A DNA stretch of 64,000 nucleotides from Candidatus Aminicenantes bacterium (GTDB lineage Bacteria > Acidobacteriota > Aminicenantia > Aminicenantales > Saccharicenantaceae), in assembly GCA_963784525.1 (NCBI GenBank), contig CAWART010000001.1, positions 192,767 through 256,766 on the forward strand. The letters run 5' to 3'. Position numbers and translations under genes: made by a program. Every line of letters begins with the position of its first letter. Within the stretch, counting starts at the first letter, position 1. The notes below the pieces were generated by a model. That model did no database searches, was not told the DNA's origin, and saw only the letters and a list, made by a program, of their open reading frames with translations. Below, piece by piece: positions 28,483-35,992 of this stretch.

Positions 28483-29082
28483 ATGCATCCGGAACAATTC
28501 CAGGCCTTCGATAGGATCTGCGCCGAACGGGGCGCCGGAGGATCGGTCCTCGAGATCGGCGCCCTCCCCTCGGAAGACAGCCTCCTGTGCCTCGGCTCCC
28601 TGGGGGCCGCATCGAGGAAGGTCGGGATCAACCTCGAAGGTCCGTCCGCGTATCGCGATTTCGCCATCCTGAAGGCCGACGCCAATGACCTGACCTGTTT
28701 TCGGGACGGAGAGTTCGATACGGTCCTGTGCAACGCGGTCCTCGAGCACGATCTTTTCTTCTGGAAGTCCCTCGAGGAGATGCGCCGGGTGACCCGGAAG
28801 GGAGGCCTGATCGTCATCGGCGTTCCGGGATTCGTCGCGGCGCGCACGGCGCGGTGGCTCGCCCTGATCGGCCGGGCCCCGTTCGTCCGGGCCCTGTTGC
28901 CCCGGCGCGGAAGATCGCTATTGGCCTCGACTCCCGTTCTGCGGATCCACGATTATCCATCGGATTACTATCGGTTCAGCCCTCGGGCCGTGGCCGAGCT
29001 CTTCATGCGGGGGCTGAACGACGTCCGGGTCATCAGCCATATGGATCCTCCCCGGATCATCGGCTCCGGGATCAAGCCTTAG
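28483..29082 (+). CDS. Class I SAM-dependent methyltransferase
   Basis: VLEIGA (motif I region), FDTVLCNAVLEHDLFFWKSLEEMRRVTRKGGLIVIGVP (Methyltransf_11-like). Confidence 0.7.
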   Translation: MHPEQFQAFDRICAERGAGGSVLEIGALPSEDSLLCLGSLGAASRKVGINLEGPSAYRDFAILKADANDLTCFRDGEFDTVLCNAVLEHDLFFWKSLEEMRRVTRKGGLIVIGVPGFVAARTARWLALIGRAPFVRALLPRRGRSLLASTPVLRIHDYPSDYYRFSPRAVAELFMRGLNDVRVISHMDPPRIIGSGIKP

Positions 29083-30160
29083 CGGGGTGCCGGGCGGGAA
29101 GGCCCGCGATCCGGTCCAGCAGTTCGAGGAGAACGGGGAGCCAGGCCTGCAGGGAATATTCCTTCACGACATAGGCCCTTCCCGCGGCCCCCAATTCACG
29201 GCACATCCGTTCGTCGGACATCAGGCGGTTGACGGCCCGGAACCACTCGTCCTCGGTCGCGGCTAAATAACCGCCGCGCCCCGCCTCGATCAGCCGGACG
29301 TTGATCCCGACCGGAGAGGCCACCGCGGGGAGGCCGGAGGCCATATACTGGAGGAGCTTACAGCCGCATTTGTAGCGCTGGTATTCGTCCGGGGTCAAGG
29401 GCATGATCCCGGCGTCGAAGTACGCCGCCAGCCGCTTCTCTTTGTCCTCGCTCCATTCCTCGTATGTCCAGCGGAGCGGAGTTTCCGGGAGCCGCGGCCG
29501 GGGCCGGGTCATGATCACGAACTCGAATCCGAGCCTCCTCTGGACGCGGGCGAGCAGGTCGAGGTAGGGATAGAGCGTTTGGCGGATCGAGGCATCCGAA
29601 CCGCACCAACCGACCCGGAACGGCCTCCCTCCCGGGCGAGCTCCGGCCTGCGCATAGGCGTCCGTGTCGATGACCGTGGGCAGGACCGTCACCCGGTCGG
29701 TGAACCGCCGGGCGAAATCGGCCAGGTCGGCGTTGCCGGCCGTCACCCAGGCCGCCCTTCGGCAGACCCAGGCGGCGTGGGCTTCCTTCCCGTCAAGGAA
29801 TATGGCGTCGTCGAAATCGAAGATGAGGCGCGGATTCCGATGCAGGAGAAAGCGCTCATAACGGATGTCGCTCTCGAGGACGTCGCGATTGAGGAACACG
29901 GCGTCGAAGTCCGCCGCGGACCGGAGGTCGCGCAGGCGGTTCGCCCGCCGCCGCCAGACGCCGATCCGCTGGTGGACGGCCCTCAGGGCGGGGTTTCGGA
30001 CCGCGCTTTGCCAGGGCCGGGACGGCCGGTTCGTCCGCAGGCTGACGCGCCATCCCGCGCGCTCGAGATAGGGGATGAATTGACCGATGCGGAAGCGGGC
30101 GGCCGGGTCGCTCTCCGTATGGGCCAGGGCCAGAAGCCGCTTCGCGTCAGATCCGGGCAT
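29072..30160 (-). CDS. Glycosyltransferase (GT-B fold, group 1-like)
   Basis: 362 aa. C-terminal half CKLLQYMASGLPAVASPVGINVRLIEAGRGGYLAATEDEW resembles the Glycos_transf_1 E-x7-E region. Confidence 0.65.
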   Translation of the reverse strand: MPGSDAKRLLALAHTESDPAARFRIGQFIPYLERAGWRVSLRTNRPSRPWQSAVRNPALRAVHQRIGVWRRRANRLRDLRSAADFDAVFLNRDVLESDIRYERFLLHRNPRLIFDFDDAIFLDGKEAHAAWVCRRAAWVTAGNADLADFARRFTDRVTVLPTVIDTDAYAQAGARPGGRPFRVGWCGSDASIRQTLYPYLDLLARVQRRLGFEFVIMTRPRPRLPETPLRWTYEEWSEDKEKRLAAYFDAGIMPLTPDEYQRYKCGCKLLQYMASGLPAVASPVGINVRLIEAGRGGYLAATEDEWFRAVNRLMSDERMCRELGAAGRAYVVKEYSLQAWLPVLLELLDRIAGLPARHPAKA

Positions 30161-30166
30161 CCGCGT

Positions 30167-31321
30167 TCAAGCCCTCCCTTCCCGATGCGTTTCGTCGAGG
30201 ATCTCCTCGATCCGGGCGAAGTTCTCTTCCTGGGAATGCCTGGAGCCGAGCTCGCGGGCCGCCGCGGACATCGCCTCCCTCGGGCCGGGATCGAGCAACG
30301 ATCCCATGCGCAGGGCCAGCTCGCAGGTGTTCCGGGGATCGTCGAGGATCCATCCCTGCACGCCCGACGTCATGAGCTCGGAGGCGCCGTTGAAGCGCGA
30401 CGTGATGACGGGAAGACCGCAGGCCCAGGCTTCCCCGACGACCAGACTGCAGGCGTCATGAAAAGTGGGCAGAAGGAAGACGTCGGCGCCGTTGAAGAAG
30501 GGCCTGACGTCGTGGACCTCTCCGTGGAAGGACACGCGGTCCGAGACACCCAGCCGTCGCGCCAGGGCCAGATATTCCTCGCGCGGACCGCGGCCGACGA
30601 CCGCAAGATGGGAGGATCGGCCGGTCCCCTTCAAATGGGAGAGCGCCTGCAGGCTGGGGCCGAGGCCCTTGAGACGGAAGTTGTGAGCGACGAACAGGAA
30701 CAGGGTTTCGTCGCGAAGCCCCAGAGCGCTCCGGAGTTTCTCCCGGCATCTTCGGGCGTCCAGCCCGGCCAACCGCCGCGGGTCGATCCCGTTGTAGACG
30801 AGCCTGATCCTGCCCGGGTCCAGGTCGTAGCGGCGCTGCAGGTCATCCTGCACCATGCGGGAGACGGCGATCACGAGGCCGCGACCGGCCCCGAACTGGC
30901 GCTTTTCCAGGGCGCGGAATTCCCTGTTGCGGCGGACATGCCAGGGTGAGAACCTTCGTTTCAGCCGCGCCGCCGGGCTCAGGCTGAGGAGGTCCTGCCG
31001 GGCGTTGGCGAGGCGGGACCCGGCGTGCGGTTGGAGGATGTCATAGTGCCATCCGACGCCGAGGTCGTGGACGACGTCGGGGTCCATCCGCCGCAGGAAC
31101 TTCTCCGCTTCGGCCCCCCGGGCGATCCGCCCCGATGCGCTCGGCAGGATGTGGGGGACGACCCCGGGGCCTGCGCTGTCCGGGGCGATAGCGAAGGCCG
31201 CGACATGGACGTCGTGGCCGCGTCCCGAGAGCCATCGTGTCCATCGATCGGCCCAGGATTCGAGTCCGCCGTAAAGAGGATCGAACCGGTCGAGGACGAC
31301 GACGATCGTGCGGGCTTTCAT
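30167..31321 (-). CDS. Glycosyltransferase family 4 (GT-B)
   Basis: MKARTIVVVLDRFDPLYGGLESWADRW..., FLLPTFHDACSLVVGEAWACGLPVITSRFNGASELM. ATG 31321 overlaps the upstream stop (ATGA). The longer ORF to 31999 is rejected. Confidence 0.8.
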   Translation of the reverse strand: MKARTIVVVLDRFDPLYGGLESWADRWTRWLSGRGHDVHVAAFAIAPDSAGPGVVPHILPSASGRIARGAEAEKFLRRMDPDVVHDLGVGWHYDILQPHAGSRLANARQDLLSLSPAARLKRRFSPWHVRRNREFRALEKRQFGAGRGLVIAVSRMVQDDLQRRYDLDPGRIRLVYNGIDPRRLAGLDARRCREKLRSALGLRDETLFLFVAHNFRLKGLGPSLQALSHLKGTGRSSHLAVVGRGPREEYLALARRLGVSDRVSFHGEVHDVRPFFNGADVFLLPTFHDACSLVVGEAWACGLPVITSRFNGASELMTSGVQGWILDDPRNTCELALRMGSLLDPGPREAMSAAARELGSRHSQEENFARIEEILDETHREGRA

Positions 31322-32544
31322 CGGTCCGGGTCCCGGAGCCCCGCGCCGGACGTCGCGGCATTCCCGGACCTCAGCTCGGCCAGGGCCCGGGGGAGCAGGT
31401 CGCCATAGATGACGAGCTCGCCCGGGAAGTCCCTCAGGGCGAGGTCGATGATGGCCAGGTCCACGTCCCGGGTGTGGACGCGCGAATATTCGTTGAGGGA
31501 GCGATCGTCGCCCGGATACCGGCCTTCGGGATGCTTGAAAAGGTCCATCCCGGCGATCGTCAGCCGTTCCGGCCGGAGAGCGGTCGCGGCCGCAATCATG
31601 AGCGCGCCGTTGCTCGGCCGGGCCGGCCAGGACCGGTCCCGGACGAGCGGGGATATCCGCTCCATCGTGAAATATTCCATCCTCCGGGGCCCGTGCGTGA
31701 CCAGATACCGGAGAAGCATCCCGTACTCGAGCGGGATGTTCCACAGGCCGAAGACGCGCGGAGAGAGGCGATGGAGGGTGGCGGCGTCGCCCACGAAAAC
31801 GACGTCCGGATCGGGGAGAAAGCCGCGCTCCTTCCAGCGCCAGTTGACCCTCATCAGACAGTCGTGGCCCAGGCCGGCGAGCTTCGGGTCCTCCGAGGAC
31901 GGGCCGTTCCCGAGACAGAGGATGGACCGGGGTTCCCCCAATCTCCGGCGCAGGGCCTCCCAATCGTCGAAGCGGCGCCCGCTGAGCAGCGGAGCGCATG
32001 ATCTCCAGAGGCGGCTCCGCCCCGCGCGATCCCTCCAGGTCGGAAGCTGCCAGGCCTGTCTCACGGGAGGTTCATAAGGAGCCGGCCCGAGCAGGAGCCG
32101 GAGCAGACCGTCGTCGACCCGCGTCTCCGGACCGGCGGCGACGACAGGAACGGAATTCGACCGGGCCCGCTCGAGGAGCGGCGCCGCGTCCGCGCCCGCC
32201 GGGCTCAACGCGACGATGAGCACGGGGCGGAGCCTCCGAAAATAGCGCCGGGCGACGGTCTCCGAATCCCTCGGGAGCGCCAGGACCTCGTCATCCACGA
32301 ACTTGTCCCCGAGCCGATCCAGGGTTCGCCGCTCGGAAGACATCATTACCAGGCGGCAGTGGGGGACCGCCACGGCCACGGATTGGATGAAGGCGTCGGC
32401 CGACTCGAAAGCCTCCGGCGTTCCTCCCAGGATCCAGAGCGAACGCCTGAGGCGGGGGAGCGCCAGCCCGAGTCCACGGTTGAGGCGCCGGCGAACGGAT
32501 CTCAAGGCCTCCGCGACGCGTTCCCCGGACCGATCTCCATTCAC
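31318..32544 (-). CDS. Two-domain putative glycosyltransferase: Kdo-transferase-N-like domain + CstII/GT42-like (sialyltransferase-like, DUF115-type) domain
   Basis: The C-terminal half has ILCLGNGPSSEDPKL...LMRVN, NGALMIAAATALRPERLTIAGMDLF and VHTRDVDLAIIDL. As I recall CstII, these parallel its IIAGNGPSLKEIDY...FRCN, SGVYMCAVAIALGYKEIYLSGIDFY and GHSKNTDIKALEFL. The N-terminal half (LWILGGTPEAFESADAFIQSV...LPRDSETVARRYFRRLRPVLIVALSP...VPVVAAG) follows the WaaA N-domain pattern. Assignment is from memory only. Confidence 0.5.
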   Translation of the reverse strand: MNGDRSGERVAEALRSVRRRLNRGLGLALPRLRRSLWILGGTPEAFESADAFIQSVAVAVPHCRLVMMSSERRTLDRLGDKFVDDEVLALPRDSETVARRYFRRLRPVLIVALSPAGADAAPLLERARSNSVPVVAAGPETRVDDGLLRLLLGPAPYEPPVRQAWQLPTWRDRAGRSRLWRSCAPLLSGRRFDDWEALRRRLGEPRSILCLGNGPSSEDPKLAGLGHDCLMRVNWRWKERGFLPDPDVVFVGDAATLHRLSPRVFGLWNIPLEYGMLLRYLVTHGPRRMEYFTMERISPLVRDRSWPARPSNGALMIAAATALRPERLTIAGMDLFKHPEGRYPGDDRSLNEYSRVHTRDVDLAIIDLALRDFPGELVIYGDLLPRALAELRSGNAATSGAGLRDPDR

Positions 32545-32635
32545 AGCCGGAGTATAAGGATGCTTTGGAGGAATTTCAAGGCCGGGGCGTCGATCGGGGA
32601 CCCGGGAACGCGAATTTCCACCGGATCCGCATTCC

Positions 32636-32665
32636 TTGACATCGGTTCGGGGCCGAGGATATCAT
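32636..32665 (+). promoter_or_regulatory. Sigma70-like promoter TTGACA-18-TATCAT for the OPT transporter gene
   Basis: TTGACA at 32636-32641, TATCAT at 32660-32665, then GGAGG at 32683-32687 and ATG at 32696. Confidence 0.45.
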
Positions 32666-32695
32666 CCTTGGGCACAGGGGAAGGAGGAAACAACC

Positions 32696-34675
32696 ATGAC
32701 CGAGGAGCACAAGAAGCTTCACCCGGCGGCGTTCCGCAAGCTCGAGCCCGGAGAGGCGTACGAGCCGGTCGTGCCGGCGTCCGAGACGCCGCTCGAGGTC
32801 ACGGTCCGGTCCGTCGGGATCGGCCTCGCCATGGCCGTCCTCTTCTCGCTGGCCTCCGCTTACCTCGCCCTCAAAGCGGGGCAGGGGATGGAGCCCGCCA
32901 TCCCGATCGCCATCCTTGCGGTCGGGCTCGCCGGCGTCTTCGCCCGGCGGAGCACCATCCTCGAGAACGTCATCATCCAGTCCATCGGAGCGGCTTCGGG
33001 AGCCGTCGTCGCCGGTGCCGTCTTCACCATCCCCGCGCTCTACATGCTCGGATTGAAGGTCAGCTTCTGGCACATCTTCCTCACCGCGTTCTTCGGCGGG
33101 TGCCTCGGCATCTTCTTCCTCATCCCGCTCCGCCAGTTCCTCATGGTCAAGGAGCACGGGCACCTCCCGTTCCCGGAGGCCATGGCCACGACGGAGATCC
33201 TCGTCGCGGGCGAAGGCGCGGGCTCCCAGGCCAAGGTCCTCATCTGGAGCGCCGGCGTGGCGTTCTTCTTCGACCTGGCCCAGCTCGCGTTCGGCCTCTG
33301 GCGCGAGATCATTACGTTCCACTCGGTGAAGATCGGCTCCTGGCTCGAGGACCGTTTCGCGATGGCCTTCCGCGTCGACGGGCTCGCCGCCCTCGTGGGG
33401 CTCGGCTACATCGTCGGGATGAAATACGCCGCGATCATCGCCTCGGGGAGCTTCCTTTCGTATCTCGTGCTCATCCCGTTCGTCCATTTCATCGGCGCCC
33501 ACCTCTCCGGCATCGTTCCGCCGGGCACGGTCCCCATCTCGGAGATGGGCGTCGACGCGATCTTCAGCAATTACGTCCGGCTCATCGGCATCGGCGGCAT
33601 CGCGGGCGCGGGCCTGATGGGGATCATCCGGAGCCTCCCGTCGATCGCCCAGTCGTTCCGGCTCGGGATCAAGGGGATCGCCTCGTCGCGGGACGGAGGC
33701 GGGGCCGTCGCGCGGACCGACCGCAACCTGGGCATGCGTACGGTGCTCCTCGGTGTCGGCGCCGTGGCCGTGTGCCTCTTCGCCTTCTTCCGCACGGGCC
33801 TTGCGGGGACGACCGTGGGGCTCGTCGGGGTCGTCATCGCCCTCGTCATCTCGTTCCTGTTCACCCTCGTGGCCGCCCGGGCGATCGGCCTCATCGGGAC
33901 GAACCCCGTCTCGGGCATGACCCTCGTGACCCTCATCATCACGAGCGTCCTCCTTGCGAGGCTCGGCCTTTCAGGGGAGACGGGCATGTTCATCGCCCTC
34001 ATCATCGGCGGCGTCGTCTGCACGGCCCTGGCGGTGGCGGGAGCCTTCGCGACCGACCTCAAGATCGGCTATTGGATCGGCGCGACCCCGCGCAACCAGC
34101 AGCGATATAAGTTCGCGGGGGTGCTCGTTTCGGCCGCGGCCTGCGCGCTCGCGATGATGCTCCTCGCGAGCACGTACCAGATGGGCTCCCAGCAGATGCC
34201 GGCCCCGCAGGCGTCCGCGATGCGCGAGATCATCGTCGGCCTGATGGGGGGAGGGGCGGGGGTCCAGTGGATCCTCTTCGCGTTCGGGGTCATCATCTCC
34301 CTCATCCTCGCCATCGCGGGCGTGCCGGCCCTCGCCTTCGCCCTGGGGATGTATCTGCCCATCCAGCTGAACACGGCGGTGCTCCTCGGAGGGGTCATCG
34401 CCTACCTCGTCGGGAAGAGCGCGAAGGACGAAAAGGTCGCCAAGGAACGGGGGGAGCGCGGCGTCCTCGTCGCCTCGGGCTATATCGCCGGGGGCTCCAT
34501 CGCGGGGGTCGTCGCGGCCGTCATCGCCGCCGCGGGCTGGCAGGCGCGCCTCACGGTCCCCTGGCCGGGGGCGAGCTTCGATTCGTGGGGCGAGATCCTG
34601 GCCATCGTCATGCTCGCCCTCCTTTCGGTGTTCATGTACCGGTATTCGACGCGGCCGGGGCGCACGGGGTCTTAG
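32696..34675 (+). CDS. OPT-family oligopeptide transporter
   Basis: About 660 aa and highly hydrophobic (about 16 TM segments). Its length and N-terminus (HPAAFRKLEPGEAYEPVVPASETPLEVTVRSVGIGLAMAVLFSLASAYLALKAGQ) are typical of bacterial OPT proteins. The start was chosen at the ATG behind GGAGG. Confidence 0.75.
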   Translation: MTEEHKKLHPAAFRKLEPGEAYEPVVPASETPLEVTVRSVGIGLAMAVLFSLASAYLALKAGQGMEPAIPIAILAVGLAGVFARRSTILENVIIQSIGAASGAVVAGAVFTIPALYMLGLKVSFWHIFLTAFFGGCLGIFFLIPLRQFLMVKEHGHLPFPEAMATTEILVAGEGAGSQAKVLIWSAGVAFFFDLAQLAFGLWREIITFHSVKIGSWLEDRFAMAFRVDGLAALVGLGYIVGMKYAAIIASGSFLSYLVLIPFVHFIGAHLSGIVPPGTVPISEMGVDAIFSNYVRLIGIGGIAGAGLMGIIRSLPSIAQSFRLGIKGIASSRDGGGAVARTDRNLGMRTVLLGVGAVAVCLFAFFRTGLAGTTVGLVGVVIALVISFLFTLVAARAIGLIGTNPVSGMTLVTLIITSVLLARLGLSGETGMFIALIIGGVVCTALAVAGAFATDLKIGYWIGATPRNQQRYKFAGVLVSAAACALAMMLLASTYQMGSQQMPAPQASAMREIIVGLMGGGAGVQWILFAFGVIISLILAIAGVPALAFALGMYLPIQLNTAVLLGGVIAYLVGKSAKDEKVAKERGERGVLVASGYIAGGSIAGVVAAVIAAAGWQARLTVPWPGASFDSWGEILAIVMLALLSVFMYRYSTRPGRTGS

Positions 34676-34765
34676 CAAAGGCCCGGCGGCCGTTGATCTC
34701 GCAACCGCCCGCTGGAGAGCGCCGCCGGTGGCCCGCCCGGCCGGAGAAACCTGAGGAAGGAACAG

Positions 34766-35881
34766 ATGAGATACCGCAGAATGCCCATCGAGATCGAGTC
34801 CCCGGAACAGATGGGGTACGGGAACATCCGCTGTAATCTGACGGAAAGCTCCGTCGCCGACATGCGGCTTTCGGATCTCGATTGCGAACTGCGCTCCCTC
34901 GTCCTGGCCTATACCGACCACCGGGGCAAGCCCGGCCTGCGCGAACTCATCGCCGCGGACGGACCGGGGCTGTCGGCGCAGGACGTCATCGTGGCGCCCG
35001 GCGCGGCGGCCGCGCTCTTCATCGCGGCCACGTCGCTCCTGGAGGCGGGCGATCACCTCGTGGTGATGCATCCGAACTATGCCACGAACCTCGAAACGCC
35101 GTTCGCCATCGGATGCGAGGTCGACCGGCTGGGCCTCTCGTTCGAACGGGGATTCCGTTTCGAGATCGATCGGCTGGCTTCCCTGATACGGCCGAACACG
35201 AAGCTGATCAGCCTGACCACGCCGCACAATCCGACCGGGATCACGCTCACGGAGGGCGACCTGGGCGCCGTCGTCGACCTCGCGGAATCGAGGGACTGCT
35301 ATCTGCTGGTGGACGAGACCTACCGCGAGATGGCGTTTGGGGGCCCCGCGCCCCTCGCGGCCGGCCTCAGCCCCCGCTGCATCAGCGTCGCCTCCATGTC
35401 CAAATCATATGGCCTGCCCGGCATCCGCATCGGCTGGATCATCACGCGGAACCGGGCCCTGCAGGAGACCTTCCTGGCCGCCAAGGAGCAGATGTTCATC
35501 TGCAACTCGGTCGTCGACGAGGAGATCGCGTTCCGGGTCCTCTCCCGGAAGGGCCTGGTCCTCCCGCCCATCCTGGCGAAGAACCGGAGGGCCTTCGAGA
35601 CCATGAGATCCTGGATCGCCGGCCAGACCGCGCTCGAGTGGGTGGAACCCTCCGGAGGGGTGGTGTGCTTTCCGAGGATCCGGCCGGACGGCCCGACCGA
35701 TATCGACGCGTTCTACCGGATCCTGAATGAGAAGTACGGGACGTATGTGGGCCCGGGCCACTGGTTCGGAATGGACCGCCGTTTCATGCGGATCGGCTTC
35801 GGCTGGCCCGCCCCGGACCAACTTGCGGAAGGCCTTCGAAACGTCGCCTCGGCGGTCGAAGAAGCCGGGAAAGCTATCTGA
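34766..35881 (+). CDS. Class I/II pyridoxal-phosphate aminotransferase
   Basis: TTPHNPTGITL and the PLP-lysine block SMSKSYGLPGIRIGWI. 371 aa. Confidence 0.8.
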   Translation: MRYRRMPIEIESPEQMGYGNIRCNLTESSVADMRLSDLDCELRSLVLAYTDHRGKPGLRELIAADGPGLSAQDVIVAPGAAAALFIAATSLLEAGDHLVVMHPNYATNLETPFAIGCEVDRLGLSFERGFRFEIDRLASLIRPNTKLISLTTPHNPTGITLTEGDLGAVVDLAESRDCYLLVDETYREMAFGGPAPLAAGLSPRCISVASMSKSYGLPGIRIGWIITRNRALQETFLAAKEQMFICNSVVDEEIAFRVLSRKGLVLPPILAKNRRAFETMRSWIAGQTALEWVEPSGGVVCFPRIRPDGPTDIDAFYRILNEKYGTYVGPGHWFGMDRRFMRIGFGWPAPDQLAEGLRNVASAVEEAGKAI

Positions 35882-35912
35882 GGCCGTCCTTCCCGATGCG
35901 GCCCGGGAATCA

Positions 35913-35981
35913 GGGGACACAATACCCGTTTCCCAATCTTCTCCGATCCCTCAGGGAATTCGGAAACGGGTATTGTGTCCC
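35913..35981. repeat. 70-bp palindromic repeat element, copy 2
   Basis: GGGGACACAATACCCGTTTCCCAAT...ATTCGGAAACGGGTATTGTGTCCC. A 20-bp perfect stem plus 3 further pairs. Same loop sequence and orientation as copy 1. It sits between the stops of two convergent genes (35881 and 35993). Confidence 0.9.
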
Positions 35982-35992
35982 TAAATTAAGCG

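Noticed and set aside
31322-31999. N-terminal extension of the GT4 gene (ORF 30167-31999, 610 aa)
   Set aside because: The extension is Arg/Pro-rich and overlaps the well-supported 31318-32544 gene in another frame. The conserved GT4 N-terminus (MKARTIVVVLD...) starts at ATG 31321, which is ATGA-coupled to the upstream stop.
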